A stretch of DNA of 64,000 bases, from NCBI GenBank assembly GCA_025603075.1, contig MU626353.1:17302-81301 (forward strand). Reading direction: 5' to 3'. The number at the start of each line of letters is the position of its first letter. Position 1 is the first letter of the stretch. Positions 25,046 to 36,249 of the stretch are shown one piece after another. Under the pieces are notes generated by a model. That model had not been told where the DNA came from and ran no database searches. It worked only from the letters and a program-made list of their open reading frames with translations. The position numbers and the translations under genes were made by a program. Source of the stretch: Neoconidiobolus thromboides FSU 785. Lineage: Eukaryota; Fungi; Entomophthoromycota.

Positions 25046-26034
25046 TTAGAGATCAAAGATTTCTGGTAAAATTTCTGGAAGTTCTAAAATAGAAGATATA
25101 GCTAAATGATCCCCATCTTGTTTAGGATTGTTCTTTCCTGTGACGAGGATGGTGGTCCAGCCTAATTGTTTGGCTGCATCTAAATTTTTCTTTGAATCAT
25201 CTGCAAAGAAACATAATGTTGGGAAATTGACTCTGGCTTCTTTCATCGCTTTTTCATATGCTGGAAGTTCTGGTTTACATGCAAAGTTGGGCTCAGTGTA
25301 ATCGCAGTAAGTTACGCCTTCAAATAAATCTTCTATGCCTAAAATACGGAGTACTCTTTCAGCATGCTAAGGTTATAAATGGATTAATGTATGTTTTTGT
25401 TAATAAAAAATAAAACTTACAATTTTATTAGCATTGGTAAAAGCCCAGCGTCTCATTTTGATTTTTAAAAGCATGTTCCTTAAATTTGGATCATATTTAA
25501 GTAAAGATTCAAGAGGTAAAGATTGGTCAACGTTTTCATCTAAGGAATTTGTCAATATTAAAGTAAAATAAATAAATAAAAGTATGTACCATAATGAACT
25601 GGATCAATATCTAAAAAAGTTAAATTTTAGTTTGATTATTTAAATAAAAGCATATTAAACTTACCATGATGTTTAATAAAACCACGGATAGCAAGTCCAT
25701 ATTCACGATAATAAGAATAAGAAATTTGTTCTACTTTGTCTTTTGGGAGTCCAATGAATTCGCCATATTGGGCTATCCTAAAAATTAATATAAATAAAAG
25801 CTCTATTATAGTACATCACAAATGTGAAGTATTTTAATGATCAATAGGAAGTACTTACTTTTTAGACATGATATCCGAAATACCAGAACTAATATCATAA
25901 AGACAGTTATCAATATCAAAGAAAAAGATGGCATTATTATTTTTTAACCCAGTAGATAGAAATGGTACAGTTAAATTAGAATTAATAGTACAAGCAGCAG
26001 CTGTAGTATTGATGAGATCAGAGGTAGTAAGCAT
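25046..26034 (-). CDS. SDT1: Pyrimidine 5'-nucleotidase, HAD superfamily (SDT1/PHM8-like), multi-exon
   Basis: FFFDIDNCLYD motif I, YGLAIRG, FTNA, CKPELPAYEKAM, FADDSKKN; short introns. Confidence 0.85.
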
Positions 26035-27104
26035 AGTTGCGATAAATTAAAGTATAAAATAAAAACAGAAAAGATATAAAATAGAAATAAAATTGATGGA
26101 TATAAAAAATAGGAAAAAGCAAATAAGTGTATTTCGCATCCTTTATATACTTTTTTTTCCCAAATTTATTAATAATAGTTGATATTAGTCACCCCCTTAC
26201 CTGTCCCCAAACAGCCTAAAATTTAATACTGGATTTAAGTTCCATTTTTAAATGAAATTATCCTTTTCAAAAATAAACTTAGAAGTTTATTTTATTAAAA
26301 TTAAGCCAATCAGACTGTTTATTTAGCACCACGTTGATTTCATCGTTCTAAATTTGATCCTTTTTTACTAATCATCCGTTGTAAAATCCAAGCAATGACA
26401 TCATGTGTGAAAAAAGAGTGACTGTTTTTTTATATCAATATCGAAAATTATTTCCGTAGTTAAAGAATATTAAAGTTGTATAAACATAAAGTTGTGTCTT
26501 TTTTCCGGTTCATTTTACTTGATTATAAACATTTAATAGTTTATCCTAAATAAATTAATTGAATTAAATAATCAATTAAGCTTATTTTAATGTTTATTCT
26601 AGCTTAATATTAAATTTATAAACTATTAATTTATTGTTGCATATAATAATCCTTATTCAAAAGCTTAAGCTTTTTTAATTGCTTAAAGTTCATCCTTTTA
26701 TTTTTCAAAAAAGTCAAAATTCTAGATCATTTCTATTAAGTTTTATATAAACAACCATTTAAATATTATGGCTAATATATTACTATAAGTTTTATTTAGT
26801 AATAAATTAAAACTTAATTTATTGAAAAAGAGGGTCTAATTATAGTTAACAAATGTATCAAAAATATAAAATTGATTTTATTACTTAAAAAAATGAAAAA
26901 TAGTTTTATATTTAATTTATTTCATAATACATATATAAACAAATTTATTGATTATCATAAATTAATTTCATTATTAAAATTATAAAAAGCAATTGTTTTA
27001 TTAAAGGCATATTAGCCGCAGATCTTATTATTTATAAGCATAGCTTAAATACTATACTCTAAAGTTAATTATAAATAATAATTATTTAAAAACAATTGAA
27101 TCAA

Positions 27105-27521
27105 TTACTTTTTAATAAAATAACATACAAGCACTAAAGTATCATTTACATTGTTATGCTTAAGTTTGCCAACTATTTTAAAAGTTCCCATTTCATCTTT
27201 TACTAAGTTATTCCAATCAAACTCCATCTGTTGATACTCTGCTATTAGATAATCCACTCTTTTTGTAGATTCTTGATCATATATTAAAAACTTAATATAA
27301 CCCTCTTTTCTAATTAATACTTCAATTTTAGCTAATAGATTATAAATATAAGCAATACATCAATCAATGATATATAGATTACCATGAATCATTATAGCAA
27401 TGATATTTTCCTTATAAAAATAATGCTCGATTAATGGTGTTTGTAGCTTAAGTTGTAGTATTTGATGGATTGTATTGAATTTTTTGAGTTTGGCATCTCC
27501 AAAGTTCGAAAATTTGAGCAT
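27105..27521 (-). pseudogene. Unknown ~138-codon reading frame broken by one TGA
   Basis: ATG at 27521 stays open to TAA at 27105 except for one in-frame TGA; no family recognised. Confidence 0.4.
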
Positions 27522-28430
27522 TTTATAAAAATAGATGAATGAACTATTTAGTTTATAAACATAATGTTACAATGCATTTTAACAACCTTTTAATTTAATA
27601 TAATGTAATATGTTAATAGTAGTATGTTTATGCAATTAACATAAATGCATTAAAAACATTGCTGCATTTTATAAAATAACATGATGTTTTTATATTGTAA
27701 AATAAAATAAAATTACATGTGTAATTCTAGTGATGATAGCTATAACAATAAAGCGAACTTATTATATTTTTTATTTTTATCATGTTCCTTTATCATTTTT
27801 TAAATATTTTGTCCCATTTTTGTATAAATTTAATTTTTATAAAATATAAAGCAGATCTTTAGTATTAGCTTATATAGAAAATTAAACTAAAAGTATTAAT
27901 ACATTCTAATGAAGAGTATACTGGAAAAAGAAGGAATTATTTAAAGACGAAAAAAATAAAAGTTGATCTATTTAGAATGGGAGTAAAGAAATGCTCTTTA
28001 AACAATAGATCTTTTGAAATGCCCCAAGGTCATTAAGTATAAAGTTGAAGAAGGTTGTTTTATAACCGACTTCTTTCATTTGAGGGAAGAGCGAAGAAGA
28101 TAACAGAAGTAGAATATGGCAATACTTTTTTGTATGAGGCAGTTATAAAGAAAGTTAGAATCTACAATAGAAATAAAATGACTAAATTTTTAGTATTTCA
28201 AAAATCACTGTTCATTCAGCATTTATTGACTTGATAATAAATAAACAGAAATGAGAGATATGGTTAGAAACCTAAAATTACTACAAACTAAAGGTTATAT
28301 GTTTATCAAATCTTTGTTATCTTCCTTTTTTTAAAAGTACGTTATTTTCAATAATAAAATAAATAGACGTAGAATGAAAAATAATAAGAATGTCGTCTTT
28401 TTCATACTCATTGCCCATTTTTAGCGCAAT

Positions 28431-28521
28431 AGTAGAGATGTTTTTTTTCACTTTCTCCATTTTAGGTACTATTTGAACAAAAGCTTATTAGCAAGATTCT
28501 TAAAAAGATATATCCCCAAAT
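28431..28521 (-). mobile_element. Degenerate MITE
   Basis: AGAGATGTTTTTTTTCACTTTCTCCATTTTAGGTACTATTTG...TATCCCC-AAAT. Confidence 0.75.
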
Positions 28522-28747
28522 TTTGAAAAAATTTTCGGCAAATATTCTTTGATAAAAAAACATATCTGTAAAAAATTCATTACTATTTTATATTTCAAAG
28601 TAATAATGATTTTATTTTATATAAAAATTAATATACCAAAAAATAATAATAGATATATAAAGTATTTCATTTGTTTATATGGAACGCTGTTAAAAAATTA
28701 TTTATTTAACTTAAAGAACACACACTAAACTTACAACTTTAATCAAT

Positions 28748-28848
28748 ATATGGGGATGTTTTTTTCATCACTTTTTCCATCTTTTAAGCGCTATTTGAGT
28801 GGAAAAACTGTTAGTAAAATTCTTAAACACAAAAAAACATCCTCATGT
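28748..28848 (-). mobile_element. 105-bp MITE
   Basis: ATAT-GGGGATG...CATCCTC-ATGT. Confidence 0.9.
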
Positions 28849-29146
28849 CATCATCGTTTAATAACACAGAGTCCTTTTTTATAACAAGTTTAGTATTACT
28901 GTTTATAAATCACAATATAAGGTAATAGTATAGCTATATTATGACACAAACAAATGCAAGTAAACAATATATATATCAAATCACTTAACTTATTTAACTA
29001 CTTATTTTAATGTATTTTAATTCAAGGAGTGTAGTTTCCTTTTATACAAAAACTAAGATACAAAATCAAGCTATATAAAATAATCTATATTGCTAAAACG
29101 ATAAAAGAATAAAAAAGTTGAAAAAAGTGTAAATAAACAATAGGAA

Positions 29147-29875
29147 TCATTCATTTTTATCTTCACGATCCAATTGATTTAAAAGGCCATCTAATTTAGC
29201 ATGAAAATGGGATTGAGATAATTTACCTTGATCATCAAAAAAAGTAGCAAAATTCCAAGTTTCAGTTACTTTTTTGAATTTTGGTTGTTCTGGTAAAGAA
29301 TCTGGAAACTCATAAACGAAGGATACTTCATAAAGTGGTTGGCCTCCTGCATCTACTTTATGATGAGATTTGAAGGCATATTCTCCCTAAAAATGATAAA
29401 AAAGATTTTAATTAAGTTATTATTAAATACGTATTCTTTTAAATTACCTCTTTCCCAGGTTTTTTACCAAGATATACTGTTTTCCCTTGCATAAAATAAG
29501 TCCATAAAAACATAAATCCAGAAATTATAAAATAGCTAGTTAATCCCTATTACTATCTTGTAAATCTAAAAACAAATAAAAACTTACGAGCTACTTGAAA
29601 ACAAAGATACATAACGAACTGTTTTAAACTCTTTCTTATAAGTTAATAAAAAATCAGCCAATGCTATAATGGCTCCAAGGTATCCAAATATTAACTTCAT
29701 ATCAACAAACATATGATTCTCAACCCATCCTTTAGAGGTATAATACTATAATTCTATGTTTAATTGAGTGACTTTCTTTACATTATTAAATTACTCTTGC
29801 TACTTCTTCATCAGCTGCCACCTTAAGATCCAATAGATTATATTTTTCGACTGGCTTAATTTCTATATCACTCAT
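29147..29875 (-). CDS. SPC2: Signal peptidase complex subunit 2, multi-exon
   Basis: YNLLDLKVAADEEV, FVDMKLIFGYLGAIIALADF, two TM segments, C-terminal FATFFDDQGKL. Confidence 0.8.
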
Positions 29876-30099
29876 CAATTCATCATTCTTATATTATTAT
29901 TAATATAGTTATTTATTTTACCTTCCATCTTTAATAATAATTTAACAAAAGTTCTCTTTTTCTCAACTTATTTATCTTCTACATCACTAAAATCCATGAA
30001 TCTCATTTGTTAAAATTTCCAACAAATTAAAAATAGCAATCCAATTTATTTCATTTACAGTTTTTAAAAAATAGCAGTTTTCAAACATCAATCCTTAAT

Positions 30100-31119
30100 A
30101 TGGAAGCAATAAGAAAGAATTTGCCATCCCGTAACACATCGATTTTTTTCAGTATTGTATTTGGTCTGATAGCTTTAAAACAATATGATAAAAGAGAATG
30201 TATTAATCAACGTCAATCACTTTCTTCAGTAGTAAATTATTTAGCTGAAAGGCCATTAGAGTATAACCAATCACCTGACAAATATGTTATCTTTTTACAT
30301 TCACCTGAGAATGAATTAGACGCTTATTATAAAGCTAAAGAATATTTTAATAGTTATATAAAAGTAAGTTTTTTTTTGAAATTCATACTATAATTTAGTT
30401 TAATAATATATATAATCTATTAGCCAGTATGGGACGCGGCAGCTATTGATTATGATATTGTCATGGAAAAAGATGGTGGTGAGATCCAGAGATATGTTTA
30501 TGAAGAAATTAAAAAGATGCGATTACAACCAAATGGAGTCAATTTAATCGATAAAGAAGGCTCGCCTATCCTTGGTTGGGTAGCACTTGGTAAAGAAGCA
30601 TTTGGTAAGTTATTATCAGGAATACATGATGGAGCTAGCGTATTTGATCCAAACATTGAAATTGGTAGAATCGAAGAAGAAGAAGTACAAACTTTAGACC
30701 AACTTGAAGAAAAAAAAGAAAAAAAAGTAGAAAAACCAAAAGTTATACCAGCTCAACAGATTACTAGCTTACTTACTAAAGACACACCAAGGAAAGATAT
30801 TGAAGTACCAAATACATTACCTAGTTTAGGTTACATTCGTTTTCATCATTATATCGGGTTTACAAGTACTCCTTTGAGAATTTTTGAATGGTTTATGGAT
30901 CGTAAATATGTCAAAGATATTGGTCAAGAAGCTACTGTTCCTTTAATTGGTAATGTTAAACAACTAAATTTACCAGGAGATTATTTCGAGTATTCAAAGA
31001 GAGATTTGAGAAGTAAAAAAATACCCCAAATTAAAAAAGAAGACTTGGAGTTCGTTAAGGAATTAGATGGAAAAGTTAATATATATTGTAACGATGAAGC
31101 TAAAGCTGAGCAAAATTAA
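30100..31119 (+). CDS. TIM54: Mitochondrial TIM22-complex subunit Tim54
   Basis: LPSRNTSIFF...YDKRE, KEYFNSYIK|PVWDAAAIDYDIV; intron at 30364-30423; divergent from SPC2 across about 225 bp. Confidence 0.85.
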
Positions 31120-31499
31120 AATAGATTAGAAGTTGATTAAGAAGGTTTATCATATTTTATTTTATTTTTAATTGGGTCTGTATTGTACATAGGTAGCTTT
31201 TTATTTTATTATTACTTTATTTATACAATCAATAGTTAGAGTATTTTGATTTAATTATAGTTTATTTTAATAGTAAATTATATTAAAATGAATTTAAATA
31301 TAATTATACGATTCTAAAAGCAATAATTTTTTCAACTAATTATATTTTTAATTATAAGCTCAATTTCTATTTATCAAACATACAAAGCAATACTAGTAAT
31401 TAAAATTTTCCTGTTTTTTATTGTTTCATATAATACAATATTGATAAACAAGTATCCAACTTTATTTATTGAATATGATTATCATTAAAAGAGCTCATC

Positions 31500-32385
31500 T
31501 TTTCAATTATAGTATCATCTTATCTTTTATAGCACTAAAATCCATGGATTCCATTTGGTAAATTAAATCAAAAATTTTAATAATGATTCAATTTATTTTA
31601 TTAGCCATTTCCTTTTAAGAAATACCATTTCAAAAGTAATATATATTCTGTTCAATTTGTAACTATGGAGGAAGAGATTCTAGACTTATACTATATTTTA
31701 TGCTCTATGACAGATGAATAACTTAAAATAATTCAACAAGATATATATAACAACTTGGATGAAATATTAAGGCCAGCTTTTTACTATGTAAAAGATAAAT
31801 TTATCAATGCTAATTATAATGAAATATTATCAGACACGAAAAACCTTAATAATATAGAATGTCAAATAGAGTTGTATTTTTAATAGAAAATAAAAGCATA
31901 GATGAAGTTATCATTTTAGTTAATAATGAAAGCAATATTTTGATATTTGAATCCGGACATGAAACTATGGTAGAGATAGCTTTACATATAACTACTAGTA
32001 ATTTGTCTATTGATGATATACTTGATAAAGTAAAGGATGGATGGTATTAAAAAATATATATTAACTTCAAAACTTAATCCTCCATATCAAAGCAATAAAG
32101 AAGAACCCACAACCATCTAATATGACTACATTTTTCAGTATTATATTCAGCCTTATAACTTTAAAACAATACCATAAAAGAGAATTTATCAATCAATAGC
32201 AATTGCTTTCTTCTGTAAACTATCTCGATAAAAGACCTTTATAAATAGTCAACCAGGTTTACCAAGGAAAAATATTGAAGTGTCAACTATAATACCTAGT
32301 TTAGACTATATTTGTTTTCACTGTTATATTGGATTTACAAGTACTCTTTTAGAGGTTTTCGAGTATTTTATGAACCTTAATAAAT
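31500..32385 (+). pseudogene. Decayed partial duplicate of the TIM54 promoter and coding region, with an insertion and an internal deletion
   Basis: 31500-31650 resembles 29950-30100; 32083-32240 resembles TIM54 exon 1; 32255-32385 resembles 30785-30905. Confidence 0.8.
31707..32050 (+). pseudogene. Unknown degenerate coding segment inserted in the TIM54 duplicate
   Basis: MTDE*LKIIQQDIYNNLDEIL..., then a frameshift into the 63-aa ORF at 31859; no family recognised. Confidence 0.35.
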
Positions 32386-33255
32386 GACTATGGTGCTTTT
32401 ATTAATTTAAAGTTATTATAAAAAATAGAGTCTATTTTTATTTGTAAACTGTAAAGTTATCGCAATTTTTATAGGATTAAATAAAAATAGATAATATCTA
32501 TACTTTTTTGTAAAATAAAACTAACAATAGTACAGTATAACAGACCTGGTCCAAGTCACAAGGATTTGAAAGCTGTTAGGAAGCTTGAGTATTTTCCAAG
32601 TGTGGTTTTATTATTCAAGATACAAAATTTGAGCTAAGAAAATTTTAAGCAAATTGCATCCAAAACTATAATTCAACAATTGCTATTTTTAGTAATCCAG
32701 CTCAAAGCAATTATTAAAAAAGTAAGGAATTTAACTTATAATTTTTTGGACTAACTTCATTTAAATCGAATTAGCATATAAAACAATATAATGATATATG
32801 CATATATTATTTACTTTTTTACTTTTCTTATATGACTTTTTTATATTTAATTAAAACTCCGAATATAAAGCAAGGCTATATTAATTTGATTTGTTGAATA
32901 TAATCAAAATAAATGTATGGGCTTTCTACTAACATTTTCGTTTTTTAGCTTTTAGGATCTAAGTTGTTAATAAAATTAAATTCAGAATGTTAATTTAATG
33001 CCTGTTTAAATTCAATCACTTGAAAGGTAGACCATTCTTCAATTGAAATTAATTGACTCAGAACTTTTGAATAATTGTTTTATAAATTAGTCTATAAAAT
33101 TTCAGAGTTAGGTCATGATGAAGATTGCTCAGAACTTCAAATTTCAAATAATTGGTTATTGAGTTAACTCAGCTTTTTAAGGTTTTTTCAAAACTTGATA
33201 ATTTTAGTTCAAATCTGTTATAATTTAAATACTCTATAAGATTTTCCATTGTAAT

Positions 33256-33348
33256 ATATGAGGATGTATTTTTGTTTAAGAATTTTACTAACAAATTTTC
33301 CGCTTAAAAGGTGGAAAAAGTAATGAAATCAAAAAATCATCCCCATAT
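33256..33348 (+). mobile_element. MITE with an 11-bp internal deletion
   Basis: ATAT-GAGGATG...CATCCCC-ATAT; one CGCTTAAA direct repeat is collapsed. Confidence 0.9.
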
Positions 33349-33761
33349 TATAACCAGAACGCAAGTAATTAAAGTGAAAGAAGATGAATTAAAGGTCCTT
33401 CTATTATAGCACTTTATAGTAAATTGCGTAATAACTAGAACATGGACAGTTCAAAGAGCTCTTTTAATGAATATTTATTACTTAATCACTATATAAGTAA
33501 CCATTACTAATTCAACAAGCAATTATTATTATCTCAATTATGTCTAATTTTACATAAAGTATACTAAATTTCTACAATTATCTAAACTCAACAATCCAAA
33601 CATAGGTTCTTAAAACTTTCCAGCATAATTGAAATTTCTGAATAATATTTACCAATCAAAATCATTGAACTAGGGTCTCAATCAATTGCACATTTTAAGC
33701 AAAACTATAAAAACAAAACAAATCACTTTCAAAACAAAATTAATAATTTTTTATAACAAAA

Positions 33762-34625
33762 ATGAATCCTAATAATCCCAATCGAAATGATGGTTATGGT
33801 GTATATGAACCTATACCACAACATGTTAATCCACCAGGCTATTCTGAGTCTAATACAAATACTAAAAAGTATAATTCATCGCAACCTAACGATTATGTTG
33901 ACTATCCACAAACTAATGTCAATAACAGCAGTGCTCCAAGTGCTGATGATTTTTTATATGGTTCATCAGTAGCCGATTGCGATATCAGTATCCGACACGC
34001 CTTTATATTTAAAGTATATTCTATTTTAACCGTTCAATTATTAGCTACTGCTTTTTTCAGTATATTATTTTCTTCTGTAAACTCAATTCAATTATTTTTA
34101 TTTCGAAATGTATGGATAGTTTATGTATCAATGGGATTAACCATTGTAAATATGATTTTGCTTTTATGGAAACGTCATAGCTATCCTTTGAACTTTGCAT
34201 TATTGAGTAGTTTTACAATATTGGAAAGTGTGGGTTTAGGGGTAACTATTTCATTTTATAGTCAATTGGTAGTACTACAGGCCTTAATATTAACCCTTGG
34301 TATTTTTATTGTATTAACATTAATTGCTTTACAATCCAAATACGATTTTACTAGCTGGCAACCATATCTTGGTGTTGCACTTTGGATTGTTATATTATTA
34401 TCGTTTGTTCAGATTTTCTTCCCATTTGGTTCTACTTTTGAATTATTTATTGCTATTGGTACTGCTATCTTGTTTTGTGGCTATATTTTAGTCGATACTC
34501 ATATGCTTATGAGTCGACTTAATCCAGATGAATATATTGTGGCTTCAGTAGAACTTTATTTGGATATTCTTAATTTATTTTTGGCTATATTAAGGATTCT
34601 TGGATCTTCTAATGATAGGGATTAA
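33762..34625 (+). CDS. BXI1: Bax inhibitor-1 / TMBIM family membrane protein
   Basis: IRHAFIFKVYSILTVQL, about 7 hydrophobic segments, YILVDTH, DEYIVASVELYLDILNLFLAILRIL. Confidence 0.9.
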   Translation: MNPNNPNRNDGYGVYEPIPQHVNPPGYSESNTNTKKYNSSQPNDYVDYPQTNVNNSSAPSADDFLYGSSVADCDISIRHAFIFKVYSILTVQLLATAFFSILFSSVNSIQLFLFRNVWIVYVSMGLTIVNMILLLWKRHSYPLNFALLSSFTILESVGLGVTISFYSQLVVLQALILTLGIFIVLTLIALQSKYDFTSWQPYLGVALWIVILLSFVQIFFPFGSTFELFIAIGTAILFCGYILVDTHMLMSRLNPDEYIVASVELYLDILNLFLAILRILGSSNDRD

Positions 34626-34818
34626 TAAGTAGTATTAGTTTATTAAAGTATCATTTTTATGCTTATTTGTATCATTTTATTTTATAATTTTTATTCTGTT
34701 TTTTAAACTAGTTGCATAAATTAATTATAATTAAGTAGTATTCTTTTGCAATGACTTCTAAAAATAAACTTTTGAATTTTAAATTATTACTTTTCTGCCT
34801 TTTTGACTAAAATCAAAA

Positions 34819-35968
34819 ATGACCATTTCAACTAGCAATAATCAAGAAACAATAACATCTAGGTCTGTTACAGGAGGTAAGTCACATCTCATATTAAAAG
34901 TAACAAATTGAGCACTCAGCCATAATTTTAAAAGAATCCGACAGTGGTATCATTGATCTCAGCAATCACAGTTCCATTCCTTATAGGGAAGGTTTTATGA
35001 AATATCGAAATTCAATAACAAAAGAAACTTTAAGGGCTCATTTAAGTCAATTAACTTCATCTTCCAACAACGCTTCAATTAAAGAAACTATAAAACCTAG
35101 TCAATATGGAGAATATAGTAGGAATCGAACCTTTTTTGGCTCAGCCGTAGTATCTAAAAATGAACTTTTGGATCCATTTGAAAAGAAAGAAGGAATGGGA
35201 GGAGTGAAAGAAGAGATAAAAGAAAATAAATTAATGAAAGGAGAAGAATTTTTATCATTTGAAAAAGGTAATTAATAGATATTAGAATAAAGTCTTTATT
35301 ATTGATATTGATTTATTAGTATTTGAAGAAAGAAAATCGAAATTATCTCAATTAGATAAAAAAGAAGAAGTTAAATTAAAAGTTATTGACCCTAAATTAA
35401 AATATTTAATTATTGGTTATATATTGATTATTTTATTTAGTGTATTAAAAGCAAGTTGGTGGTAAGTGAAATGAATTAGTTATTATTGTTATTACTAATT
35501 ATATTATTATTTATATTATTATTTATATCAATAATATATTATTTTTAGTTACCTTAGTTCTAATAATACTAAATGCATTGATGGGCCATTTTATACTGGT
35601 AAGGAAAAATTATTATTTATACTGGAATTGAAAATAATGATAATTAATATTTTATTTATATATTAGTTATATTATTATTCTTATTTTACCCATTTTTATT
35701 ATTGTATGTTCAAGGTTACTTTGAATTACAAAATTTAAAAAAATTATACCCATTTTTATTTGGCAGTAAGTGATTGATTTATCTTTTGTATTGAGAAATT
35801 AATCTTTTATTTTATTTATAGAACCTAAATTAGAAATAGTTAAAAAAGAACCTAGTGAAAATGGTAAGTATTGAAACATTTATTAAGATAAATATTTTTA
35901 ATTTTATTTTAGAAAAAATAATTGCTAATTCCAAATCTTTAAATGCCTATTTTAAAAATCCAGTATAA
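34819..35968 (+). CDS. Hypothetical hydrophilic protein with several small 3' exons
   Basis: ATG at 34819, GT-AG introns, the 92-aa ORF at 34997, last exon KIIANSKSLNAYFKNPV*; exon structure is approximate. Confidence 0.55.
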
Positions 35969-36249
35969 ATATTAATTAAAACATAAAAAACAAAATGTTT
36001 TTTTTTTTTAGAAATCTATATTCTATTCTACTCCATTCTATTGATTAATATTTATTAATAAATATTAAAAATAAAAGTTGAAATTTAAATTATATTACTA
36101 TAATAAAAATTTACAAGCTAATTTTTAATATTTATTAATAAATATTATATGAAAAAGTTGAATTTCAATAGAAAGATATCAAATAGTTTTATTAAACTTC
36201 AAAATAAAAAACTAATAATCGAACTTTATCTTAACCCTTTTCTCTTTTT

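Noticed and set aside
27900-28300. Further LOR pseudogene (KVIKYKVEEGCFITDFF...)
   Set aside because: Only a weak N-terminal resemblance; the C-terminal helix was not found
31482-33473. 15-bp inverted match TCATTAAAAGAGCTC as the TIRs of a Pack-type element
   Set aside because: The left copy falls within the duplicated TIM54 upstream region, there is no TSD, and such a match is plausible by chance in AT-rich DNA
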